Source: an uncultured delta proteobacterium (lineage in GTDB: Bacteria; Myxococcota_A; Polyangia; Polyangiales; Polyangiaceae). From it: a stretch of DNA of 64,000 nt. This document shows positions 18,637 to 27,654 of the stretch, piece after piece. The stretch covers positions 1,440,001 to 1,504,000 of the forward strand of contig CAWKKR010000008.1 of assembly GCA_963850305.1 (NCBI GenBank), written 5' to 3'. The notes beneath the pieces are model-generated. The model saw nothing but the letters and a program-made list of their open reading frames with translations. It had not been told where the DNA came from and made no database searches. Within the stretch, counting starts at the first letter, position 1, and every line of letters begins with the position of its first letter. A program made the position numbers and the translations under genes.

Positions 18637-19800
18637 CTACGGGACCGTGAACGTCACGATACCGTCGACGTGGAGCTCGGGATGCGTGAACGTGCGGTTG
18701 TCGTCGGCGATGTCGCCGTGGCACGCGCTGCACCTCGGATTGAGATCGACGTACGGGTGCGGAGCCGGCGGGGGCAGGGCATGGCACGTGCCGCAGGCGT
18801 CCTGCGAGCCGTCCACGACGTTCCAGGCGGGCGTCGTGTTCGTGCCTCCGGAGGGGTTTCCGTCCTTGAACGCGGCGCCATGGCATTCGGTGTTGCGACA
18901 ACTGCCGTTGTCGTAAACCGGGGTTCCGCTGCCCGATGCGGCGGCGCCGGAGAAGAGGACGGACGGGGGAAGACCCGTATCGATGTGCCCGGGCTCGAGC
19001 ACGGTTGCGGGCACATGGTGACATTCGGCGCACGGGACTGCTCGCGCGGTGGCGTTGCCTGAAAGGTGCGCTTGATGCGCGCCGGCTCCGGGTTGGCCGG
19101 GCACCGGCGCCGGATTGGTTCCTTGACCGTGGCATGTGGTGCAACTCGTCGGAACGTCGACATCGACGACGCCGTTCACGTGGAGCAAAGGATCGATGAT
19201 GGTGCGGTCGTCGCTTCCGACGACCATGCCGTGGCAGAGCGAGCAATCGGTCAACTGGGGGTGCGGCGTCGGAGGTGGCAATCCGTGGCACGTGCCACAC
19301 GTCTCCGCCGACGTTCGCGGTGCGGTCCAGACCGGGTTGGCGTCGTGGTGGCAGTACGTGTCTCGACAGGTGTGCGCGACGGGATCGTAGTTCGGCGTGA
19401 GCCCGTTCTCTTTCGCGAGCGCGCCGAAGACGAGGGTTGCCGGTGGCGCGTGATCGATGTGCCCGGGCGAGTCCGTCCGTTCCGGCACGACGTGACACTC
19501 GTCACAGGCGACCGGTCCGTGCGTCGAGGACGCGTCCAGGTGGATCGAATGCGCCCCGACGCCAGGGTCGTGGGGATCGCTCGAGCCCAGCAAATCGATC
19601 GGCGGCGCCGCGCGGCGGAGCGCGGTGCCGGAGCGCCGTGCGTCGCCGTGACAGGAGGTGCACTCGGTCGATGCGTCTCCCTGTCCGAGCTCCTGGGGAC
19701 GCTCGAGGCAGCCCACGGGCACGGTGCCGAGCGCGGCAGCGACGCTGACGGCGAGGCCGAGCCCCGCCCAGCGTCGGACCCCATCACTCGTGTCACTCAT
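18637..19800 (-). CDS. Decaheme CxxxxCH/CxxCH-domain cytochrome c lipoprotein (two 5-heme modules)
   Basis: 8 CxxCH plus CRDTYCH and CRNTECH; duplicated GAH..HL..C.ECH.VP..GHID..CGTCH.LPPP.PHP..LHV.G module. Leader ends VGC; start MSDTS overlaps the upstream stop. Confidence 0.9.
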   Translation of the reverse strand: MSDTSDGVRRWAGLGLAVSVAAALGTVPVGCLERPQELGQGDASTECTSCHGDARRSGTALRRAAPPIDLLGSSDPHDPGVGAHSIHLDASSTHGPVACDECHVVPERTDSPGHIDHAPPATLVFGALAKENGLTPNYDPVAHTCRDTYCHHDANPVWTAPRTSAETCGTCHGLPPPTPHPQLTDCSLCHGMVVGSDDRTIIDPLLHVNGVVDVDVPTSCTTCHGQGTNPAPVPGQPGAGAHQAHLSGNATARAVPCAECHHVPATVLEPGHIDTGLPPSVLFSGAAASGSGTPVYDNGSCRNTECHGAAFKDGNPSGGTNTTPAWNVVDGSQDACGTCHALPPPAPHPYVDLNPRCSACHGDIADDNRTFTHPELHVDGIVTFTVP

Positions 19801-20845
19801 GGCAATACCGGCACATGCCCTCGCTGGTACTCTGGCTGCTGCGGAAGCCGGGCGGGTGTGGATTCCCGCCGTAGGCACCGACCTTGTGACACGTGATGCA
19901 GTTCGTCGCGGGGCCTTGGTCGTGGCAGCTCGCGCAGAGCGCGATGTCACGCCGAGCCGCGACGCCGTGAAAGTTGGGCGAGCTCGTGTCGGTGCCGATC
20001 CAGCCGACGGGATGAGGGTTGACGCCGTTGATCGCGTTACCGCTCACGCCTCGCTCGACGTGGCACGCATCGCACGTGGCCGGCTCGTGACAGCTCAGAC
20101 ACCGCGCCGGATCGGCCTGCGCTTCCATCGGGTGGCGCACCAGGAAGTCTCCGCGGTGCACGAAGTCGCTCTCGATCTTCTCCGGGCGCCGCTGTTCCAC
20201 GGTGAGATCCTGCGCGGTGTCGTGGCAGCTGTCGCAGTCCGCCTGAGCGTGACACGAGCGGCAGAGTTGTTTCTCCTCCGCCGCCGCTTGCCCATGGTTG
20301 CGAATGAAATCCCCCTCGTGCCTGAGAAACGTGCGGGGCATCAGACGAACGAGATCTCGTTGTGCGTGACACGGCTGACACCTGCCGCGATCCCACTCTG
20401 CCTGGTGCTCGTGGCATGTCAGGCACTTCTTCATCGGCGGGATGTCGGGAGCGTCCTTCTCGACGACGCCCGCGTGACACGGGACGCACTGCCCGCCGAT
20501 CCCCCCGAGCGCGAGGTGCCGATCGTGATCGAACGCGATCTCGCCGTCGGGTCGCTCGAGCGGGGCGGCGATCACGCGCCGCATTTCGTCCTCGTGACTG
20601 TGATGACAACGATCGCACAGCGCGGCCCTGGGCAGCTCGTCTGCTGGACCGGCGCCACTCGAAGTGTGGCAGTCGGTGCAATTCAAGCATTGGGGTTCCC
20701 CTAGGTGGCCACATGCGAGCCCAGTCAGGTGGAGTCGATGAGGAAACCGCGGTGGGATTCGCTCGCTGCACGCGGCGACCACGGCGGCCACACATAGCAC
20801 GACCGCGAGCACGCTGCCGAGACGCGAGGCGCTCCGATCCGTCAT
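19793..20845 (-). CDS. Dodecaheme cytochrome c (c3/c7-like N-terminal part), lipoprotein
   Basis: 12 CxxCH motifs; FPHRLH and FDHDRH c3-type His motifs; leader ends VAAC. Start MTDRS overlaps the porin stop (ATGA). Confidence 0.92.
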   Translation of the reverse strand: MTDRSASRLGSVLAVVLCVAAVVAACSERIPPRFPHRLHLTGLACGHLGEPQCLNCTDCHTSSGAGPADELPRAALCDRCHHSHEDEMRRVIAAPLERPDGEIAFDHDRHLALGGIGGQCVPCHAGVVEKDAPDIPPMKKCLTCHEHQAEWDRGRCQPCHAQRDLVRLMPRTFLRHEGDFIRNHGQAAAEEKQLCRSCHAQADCDSCHDTAQDLTVEQRRPEKIESDFVHRGDFLVRHPMEAQADPARCLSCHEPATCDACHVERGVSGNAINGVNPHPVGWIGTDTSSPNFHGVAARRDIALCASCHDQGPATNCITCHKVGAYGGNPHPPGFRSSQSTSEGMCRYCHE

Positions 20846-22281
20846 CGCGCGACGCCTCGAGAACGATCCAGCTCGCACACGACTCGAATCTCCGTCTCGG
20901 CGTCCAGGCGGGCATAGGGGGAATTCGCGAGCGATGCGCCAATCAGGAGATTCAGGGACTTTCGCGCCTGCCAGCTGAGGGTTCCGGCGTACACGCTGGA
21001 CGTGCGCACATTCCGGATCGGCGCGTCGTAGAAGTACCCGTAAGCCTCGAGCGTGCCCGTCACGGCCTCTTCGAAGCGGCGCGCGAGAGAGAGCCGAACG
21101 GCGTGGTATCCGTTGTCGGGCGCGACCAGTCGCGTGTACTCCACGCGAACCGTCGTGCGCCCCGCCGGATCCGGGAGTGCTCGGACGGCGACCGTTCCTC
21201 GCGCTCCGGGTCTGCCGCGGTCGTAGACGTCGAAGAACCCGGACGACTCGAGCCGTAGAGATGGGAGTGCCCGCAGCGTCGCGTATCCGCCGGCCTCGTC
21301 GTAACTGTCCGTGCTGAACACCGACAGCACCGACTGTCGGGAGAGGAGAAGCGCAGGCGCCGCGTGCAGGTAATCCACTGTCACGTCGAGCTTCTCGACG
21401 GGCGTGGCGTTGGCCGAGAGCCGGGCGTCCGCCAGACGCCGCTCGTCGACATCGAGGAGCGCGTTCCCTGCGACGACAACGGTGTCGGGCAAGTTCAGGC
21501 GCGCGTCGGCCCCGAGATCGGCCCTCGCGATCAGCCCGTCGACACGCTCTTCATGGAAAGAGAGACCCGCTCGAGCCCACCCGTTTCCGTAACCCACGCG
21601 ACTCCCGGCGAGCCACGTGCTCGACCTCGGCGGTGCCTGCATTGCAGTCGGGTCCTTGAGTGAGGTATCGGCGGCGGCGCCGAGCAGATAGTAACCCGGG
21701 CGCTCGTCCCATCTCGGCAGGACCGTGTAGCCGCCATATCCTTCCACGTCGAAACCAGCACCGAGATCGATCCGGACGTCGCCGCCGTCGAAGCGCGCGT
21801 AGCGAGCTGCTCCGCCGGCGACGTGCTGCCGCCCGAGTCGCACCGACACACGGCCTTGCCGGAGGAGGATGTTCGCGGTCTGGATGTCGCCATCGAGAGC
21901 GTGCTCGGGCGACGGATTGCCGAGCGTCGCCTCGCCCCATGCGGCAAGCTCGACGTCCACGCCGTCCTTGTTCCATGGCGTGTCGAGATCGTGGACGTTC
22001 AGGAAGACGTACTCTTGAACGGGAAGGAGGGTGCGTGTGTAGACGAGCGCTCCGTTCGGCCCCGGCAGGAGCGCGCGCCGAAAGAGCTCCGCATAGGTTT
22101 CGCTGCGCGCGTAGAGCTCGAACTGATCGCCGGTGCCCGCGGTCCTGTCAGGGTCCGCCGTAGCAACCGAAGGCCATAGCGTGATGAGCCCTAAAAGGAC
22201 GCTCGAAGCGATGCGCCCGTCCGAGGGTCGCAGGAAACGAGGCTGCGCGCGACCGCCGTCCCCGCCGGACGGCAACCTCAA
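20842..22281 (-). CDS. Outer-membrane beta-barrel (porin of a porin-cytochrome complex)
   Basis: Signal peptide (..WPSVATA-D), alternating amphipathic strands rich in Y/F/G (VRLGRQ..FDGG, LEAYGYFYD, YAGTLSW); first gene of the operon with two multiheme cytochromes. Start codon uncertain. Confidence 0.8.
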   Translation of the reverse strand: MRLPSGGDGGRAQPRFLRPSDGRIASSVLLGLITLWPSVATADPDRTAGTGDQFELYARSETYAELFRRALLPGPNGALVYTRTLLPVQEYVFLNVHDLDTPWNKDGVDVELAAWGEATLGNPSPEHALDGDIQTANILLRQGRVSVRLGRQHVAGGAARYARFDGGDVRIDLGAGFDVEGYGGYTVLPRWDERPGYYLLGAAADTSLKDPTAMQAPPRSSTWLAGSRVGYGNGWARAGLSFHEERVDGLIARADLGADARLNLPDTVVVAGNALLDVDERRLADARLSANATPVEKLDVTVDYLHAAPALLLSRQSVLSVFSTDSYDEAGGYATLRALPSLRLESSGFFDVYDRGRPGARGTVAVRALPDPAGRTTVRVEYTRLVAPDNGYHAVRLSLARRFEEAVTGTLEAYGYFYDAPIRNVRTSSVYAGTLSWQARKSLNLLIGASLANSPYARLDAETEIRVVCELDRSRGVAR

Positions 22282-22501
22282 GGGGCCGCCCCGAGAAGGG
22301 CATGTGCACGGTTCGCCCCGTTGTCATCCACGACGAAGATGCTGTTCGATGCACCGTCTACACCTGGGGGCATGGTCCGCGGGCGCCAGGTTAGCCGCTC
22401 TCGGGAGGCACACAAGGCGCACTCGCGAAACTCCGTGAGATTCCGCGAGACCAGCTACGTGTCCGAGTCTCCGAATCCCCACCTCGCGATCAAGGCTCCG
22501 T

Positions 22502-22535
22502 ATGCACGCCCTGCAGCGCCGTGCAGGAGTTGCAG
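22502..22535. promoter_or_regulatory. Tandem RYGCA-N5-TGCRY-like boxes between the porin operon and usp
   Basis: ATGCA-CGCCC-TGCAG, 4 nt, GTGCA-GGAGT-TGCAG. Confidence 0.62.
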
Positions 22536-22658
22536 GTGGATGCTCGAGATTCCGCACTTATTCGTCGGACAGTCCGGTTTCTCGCGCGGCTGCCGCTACT
22601 CGAATTCCGGCGGTGGCGAACCGGGCGGCGCGCGTCCCGCGCATCGGAATTCTCGCGT

Positions 22659-22674
22659 TGGCACATGGGGTGCA
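22659..22674 (+). promoter_or_regulatory. sigma54 promoter of usp(-ackA)
   Basis: TGGCACA-TGGG-GTGCA with correct GG/GC spacing. Confidence 0.62.
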
Positions 22675-22702
22675 CAGATAAGGCTCGCGAATTCAGTGAC
22701 TC

Positions 22703-23353
22703 ATGGAAAGGAAGGATGCTGCGATGTCCGAGGCAACAGCGAGCGAGAAACCGTACCAGATCGTCATTGGATTCGATTTCTCGGATCTCTCGGAGCGTGC
22801 CGTCGAGGAGGCTCTCGAGATCGCTCGACGGTGGGCACCGGCAGAGCTGCACGTCGTCACCGTCGCGCGGCCCGAAGGGCTCCTCGTCCGTCTGCCCGGC
22901 GAAGCGGACCCGATCACGGAAGACCTGGCGCGAGAGACGGTACGTCTGCGTATCGCGCAAGTCGTCGACGAGTATCAGGCGCACGTAGGACGGCTGGGCA
23001 TCGATCGCCTGGCGATCTACGTACTCGCGGGATTGCCCCTCGGGGATCCAGGAAAGCTCATCACCGACGTTGCTCGCGCCGTCGACGCCAACCTGATCGT
23101 GGTCGGCACGCACGGCCGCAGGGGGATCTCCCGGGTCGTGCTCGGATCGGTGGCTCAGCACGTCGTCCGAGAAGCGAGCACGAGCGTCTACGTGGTCCGT
23201 CCCGCGGATTTTGTCGGAGGCACACGAGTGCCGGCGATAGAACCCCCCCTCGCGCCCGGTGAACCCCATCTAAGGCAGTTCGAGCATCACCGAACCTACC
23301 ATTACGTCGACAAGGTGGCGCCCCGGACGAATCGCATCACGCCGGCGTCGTGA
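22703..23353 (+). CDS. Universal stress protein with C-terminal extension
   Basis: IVIGFDFS, LIVVGTHGRRGISRVVLGSVA; tail VPAIEPP..HHRTYHY. Start at 22703 or 22724. Confidence 0.9.
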   Translation: MERKDAAMSEATASEKPYQIVIGFDFSDLSERAVEEALEIARRWAPAELHVVTVARPEGLLVRLPGEADPITEDLARETVRLRIAQVVDEYQAHVGRLGIDRLAIYVLAGLPLGDPGKLITDVARAVDANLIVVGTHGRRGISRVVLGSVAQHVVREASTSVYVVRPADFVGGTRVPAIEPPLAPGEPHLRQFEHHRTYHYVDKVAPRTNRITPAS

Positions 23354-23454
23354 ACCCGGCGCTCCGAACGCTGCGAGGCTTGACCTCTCGACATGGCCGG
23401 TGAGATTCAACGGACCGGTTCCGTCACGCGGGGTCGCGCCCGAAAGGCTCGTGA

Positions 23455-24606
23455 ATGTCGCCGCCCAAAACGAACATTCTTTGCGTCAACGCTGGTTCAT
23501 CGTCGCTCAAGTACTCGCTGTTTGCGTTCGATGGCGTCAGTCCTCGACGGGTCGCAGGAGGCGATGTCAATCGGATTGGAACGACAGGTTCGACCGCGCC
23601 GGACTACTCGGCGGCCATCGAGACGGCTTTCTCGTCCTTTTCGACGAACGCGAACGGGTCCGAGGGCGGCGAATCACCGAGCGCCGTGGGACATCGAATC
23701 GTCCATGGCGGGCCACGTCTGTCGGCGCCATGTGTCATCGACGAGGCCGTACTCGCCGAGCTGGTGGAGCTGGTGCCACTTTCTCCACTACACCTGCCGC
23801 CAGCCATTGAGGCGATTCGAGCGACCCGCGCGCGTCTGCCAGGCGTTCCTCAGGTTGCCTGCTTCGACACTGCGTTTCACGGATCCATCCCGGAAGTGGC
23901 CCGCCGCCTTCCGCTGCCCGACCGCTTCGACCACGAGGGTATTCGTAGGTATGGGTTTCACGGGCTCTCGTACGAGTATGTCATGTCCGTTCTCGGTACC
24001 GAGGCGCCCTCTCGAATCGTCATCGCGCACCTGGGGAACGGCGCCAGCCTCGTCGCGGTGAAGGACGGTCGAGCCATCGACACCACGATGAGCTTCACGC
24101 CTACGGGCGGTATTCCCATGGGCACTCGCTCCGGCGATCTCGACCCAGGGGTGCTCCTCTACCTGCTGCGAGAACGCGGCTATACGGAGCGAACTCTCAC
24201 GGAGCTCGTCGAGCACGACGCCGGCCTCGTGGCGATCGGCGGCGCGTCTGACGTCCGGACACTGATGTCGCGGATGACCGTCGATGCGCACGCGAGGCTG
24301 GCTCTCGACGTGTTTGCCTACTCCATAAAAAAGACGATCGGTGCGTATGTCGCGGCTCTCGGCGGCATCGATCTCCTCGTGTTCACCGGCGGCATCGGAG
24401 AACACGCCGCGCCCATACGGGCCGAAGCGTGCCGTGGACTCGAAGGCCTGGGAATCGAGCTCGATCAGACGAAGAATGCTGCCGGGGACCCGAGGCCGAG
24501 TTCCGTTCATAGCCGATGTGTCGTGCGCGTGGTGCGCACGGACGAAGAGCTCGTCATTGCGAGGCACACGCGTGACGTTCTGTTGTCGTTGCGGCGTCCA
24601 TCCTAG
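23455..24606 (+). CDS. ackA: Acetate/propionate kinase
   Basis: NAGSSSLKY, GHRIVHGG, FDTAFH, RRYGFHGLSY, HLGNGAS, MGTRSGD, FTGGIGE, TDEE. Confidence 0.96.
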   Translation: MSPPKTNILCVNAGSSSLKYSLFAFDGVSPRRVAGGDVNRIGTTGSTAPDYSAAIETAFSSFSTNANGSEGGESPSAVGHRIVHGGPRLSAPCVIDEAVLAELVELVPLSPLHLPPAIEAIRATRARLPGVPQVACFDTAFHGSIPEVARRLPLPDRFDHEGIRRYGFHGLSYEYVMSVLGTEAPSRIVIAHLGNGASLVAVKDGRAIDTTMSFTPTGGIPMGTRSGDLDPGVLLYLLRERGYTERTLTELVEHDAGLVAIGGASDVRTLMSRMTVDAHARLALDVFAYSIKKTIGAYVAALGGIDLLVFTGGIGEHAAPIRAEACRGLEGLGIELDQTKNAAGDPRPSSVHSRCVVRVVRTDEELVIARHTRDVLLSLRRPS

Positions 24607-24616
24607 AAATCCGTCG

Positions 24617-24651
24617 ATGCATTTTTGGCGCGTGAGGTGCAGCACCTGCGT
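24617..24651. promoter_or_regulatory. Tandem RYGCA-N5-TGCRY-like boxes
   Basis: ATGCA-TTTTT-GGCGC, 5 nt, GTGCA-GCACC-TGCGT. Confidence 0.55.
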
Positions 24652-24714
24652 CGAGATCGGGCCACCAGGTCCAGCGACTCTCGGCTGCAGCGGCGCCCGC
24701 GAAGGAGCCGTTGT

Positions 24715-24730
24715 TGGTACGAGCGTTGCT
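24715..24730 (+). promoter_or_regulatory. sigma54 promoter of the GNAT-acyl-CoA synthetase gene
   Basis: TGGTACG-AGCG-TTGCT, near consensus. Confidence 0.7.
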
Positions 24731-24751
24731 TCGAGCTACATACACGACCGC

Positions 24752-27555
24752 ATGGCTCACCCCGATGATTCCGTGGATGCCGACCATTGCGCCGATGTTC
24801 CTTCCTGCAGCGACGAGGTGATCCTGAAGGATGGAGGGTCGGTTCTGATTCGCACCTTGACCGGGTCGGATCAGTACCGCATCCACGCTTTCTTCGAACG
24901 CCTGAGCCCGCGGTCCAGCCGGTATCGTTTCTTCGGCGCCCACCGACTACCCCCGATGGACGAGATCGTGCGTCTGACGAGTCCCGACCCTGGCCGATCG
25001 GCAGGGCTTGCCGCGCTCACCGAGGTCGATGGCGAAGAGCGGATCGTCGGCATCGCCGAATTTGCTGCGAAAAAAGGGAGCACCGATTCGCCGCGGCGCG
25101 CGGAGTTCGCGGTGGCCGTCGCGGACAATCACCAGGACCGTGGAATCGGCACCCTTCTCCTCGAGCGCACCGCGGCGCTGGCGCAGCGAGTGGGCATCGA
25201 CGAACTCGAAGCTCTCGTCCTCGGTGACGACGATCGAATGCTCGATGTTTTCGAGCGAAGCGGGTTCGAGCTCCAGAGGTCGGGTGATCGTGAGGGGAAA
25301 GTCGTGTTTCCGACGGCGCGCACCGAAGAATTCCTCGCCGCGAGCCTGGAGCGCGAGCGTATTGCCGCTCGCGAAAGCGTCCGCGTTTTCTTCGAGCCGC
25401 GGTCCGTCGCCGTCGTCGGCGTGTCTCGGCGCGCGGGGTCCATCGGACGTTCGATCCTCGAGAACCTGGTCAAGAGCGGATTTCGGGTCCCACCTTCGCC
25501 GTCAACCGGTACCTCACCGAGGAGGTCTTCGGACGCCCGACCTTCCCGTCGTTGACGGCAATTCGCCAGAGCGTCGATCTGGTCATCGTTGCAGTCCCGG
25601 CCGACCGCGTCGAAGCCGTTGTCGCCGAATGCGCGCAGGTGCACGCGCGCGGTGTCGTGATCGTGTCGTCCGGGTTCGGCGAGGCGTCTTCCGAGGGCCG
25701 CGCCCGCGAAGTTCGGATCAAGCACATGGTGCGAAACGCCGGAATGCGCCTCGTGGGGCCCAACTGCATGGGCGTGCTCAATGCCTCACCGGACGTGCGA
25801 TTGAACGCGACCTTCGCGCCAGTATGGCCGCCCGCGGGAAACGTGTCGATGTTGTCGCAGAGCGGCGCGCTCGGCATCGCGATGCTCGATCACGCTGCAC
25901 AATTGAACGTCGGGATCTCGGGTTTCGTCTCGGTGGGCAACCGAGCGGATGTCTCCGTCAACGATCTGCTCGCGTACTGGGCCGATGACCCGAAGACAAA
26001 GGTCATGGTGCTGTACCTCGAGAGCCTCGGTAACGCCCGCAAGTTCGCTCGACTGGCTCCCGAGGTAGCGCGAAGGAAACCCATCGTGGCGGTCAAGTCC
26101 GGTCGATCCGCAGCGGGAACGCGAGCGGCTGCCAGCCATTCGGCGGCCCTCGCGAGCCTCGACGTCGGCATTGACGCCCTCTTCGAACAGGCTGGCGTCA
26201 TCCGCACCAACACGCTCGAGGATCTCTTCGACGTCGTGGCGCTGCTTTCGACCCAGCCCCTCCCGAAAGGTCCGCGCATCGGTGTCGTCACCAACGCGGG
26301 TGGGCCTGGCATTCTGCTCGCCGACGCCTGTGAAGCTCGCGGGCTGACACTCCCCGCGCTCTCCGAGGCGACGGTCCGCGGGCTTCGAAAAATCCTGCCA
26401 CCCCAAGCCGGCTTCTCGAACCCCGTCGATATGATCTCCTCCGCGACGCCGGAGCAATACGAGCAGGCGATGGACCTCGTCGGTCGGGACGCCGCCGTGG
26501 ACGCCGTCGTCGCGATCTACATTCCGCTGCTCGTGACGAAACCGGACGACATCGCCTGCGCGATCGCCCGTGGCGCTGCCCGCGTGCCGGCCGAAAAACC
26601 CGTGACGACGGTGTTCATGTCGGCGAAGGGAACTCCTGCCGCCCTGGCCGAGGGTGCGCGCGGCCCGATCCCCTCTTATAGCTTTCCGGAAAATGCGGCA
26701 CTGGCGCTCTCCGCCGCATGGAATCACGCCCGGTTCGAGCAAAGAGGTCGCGGCAAGGTCACGACGCTACCGAAGGACCGACGGCGAACCATCCGCACGA
26801 TCGTCGACACCGCCATCCGCGGTGCCCGCGGAATGGAAGGCTGGTTGTCTCCGGCCGACGTCACGCGGCTCCTGGAATTGGCCGGTATCCCGTACGCCGC
26901 CACGACCGAGGTGGTCGCTGAACCGGACGCTGCGGCGAAAGCAAGTGAATCGGTCGGCTACCCCGTGGTGCTGAAGGCAGTGGCCACCGGCTTGGTCCAC
27001 AAGAGCGACGCCGGTGGTGTCGCGATGGGGCTCGCCTCTCCCGAAGCCGTCCGGCTCGCGGCCAATCACATGAAGCAGCGAGTCGAAAAAGCTGGCTTCC
27101 TGCTGCAGCGATTCCTCCTCCAGCGCGAGGTCCCCGAAGGATTCGAAGCGCTGGTCGGCGTGACCACGGATCGTGAACTGGGCCCCATTCTCGTCGCCGG
27201 CCTCGGTGGGGTGCAAGTCGAGTTGCTGGGAGACGTAGTGTTTCGACTGCCTCCGGTCTCGGATCTCGACGCTCGCGATATGCTCGACCATCTGAGGGCA
27301 CGGCGCCTGTTCGACGGCTTCCGCGGCGCCCCCGCGGGGGACCGGATGGCACTGGCGGAGGTGATCTGCAAAGTCTCCGCGCTCGTCGACATCGCCCCGG
27401 AGATCGCCGAGCTCGATCTGAACCCCATCAAGGTGCTGCCGTCCGGCCAAGGCGTCGTGGTGGTGGACGCACGGCTTCGCGTGCGCCCTGCTCGAGCCGA
27501 CTACGTGGGTTCCGCGCCGCCTTGTCGGAACATGGACTCGGCGCTGTCGCGGTGA
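24752..27555 (+). CDS. GNAT + CoA-binding + ATP-grasp protein (Pat-type acetyltransferase / ADP-forming acyl-CoA synthetase); frameshifted as assembled
   Basis: GNAT (LSPRSSRYRFFG, AEFAVAVAD..GIGT), FEPRSVAVVG, GPNCMG, SQSGA, AASH, TNAGG, GYPVVLK..HKSDAGGV, DLNP. Adding one G to the GGG at 25485-25487 joins the two ORFs (..KSGFRGPTFAVN..). Confidence 0.88.
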
Positions 27556-27654
27556 AACCCACGCGGGTGCACCCGTTGCTGCTTGGCACAATCGGTACAA
27601 TGCTCGCTCACCAACCAAGCGTCGCGTCAATCGGCGTGCCACCCAGGAACGAAG

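Noticed and set aside
18637..22281. Naming the porin-cytochrome operon mtrAB/mtoAB
   Set aside because: The porin is much shorter than MtrB-type barrels, and neither cytochrome has the MtrA decaheme pattern.
24626..24641. Second sigma54 promoter TGGCGCG-TGAG-GTGCA
   Set aside because: It lies inside the tandem enhancer-like boxes, and the better match at 24715 is properly placed. Not fully excluded.
27565..27600. sigma54 promoter or enhancer box upstream of xfp
   Set aside because: Only partial matches (GGGTGCA-CCCG-TTGCT; TGGCACA-ATCG-GTACA); too ambiguous to call.
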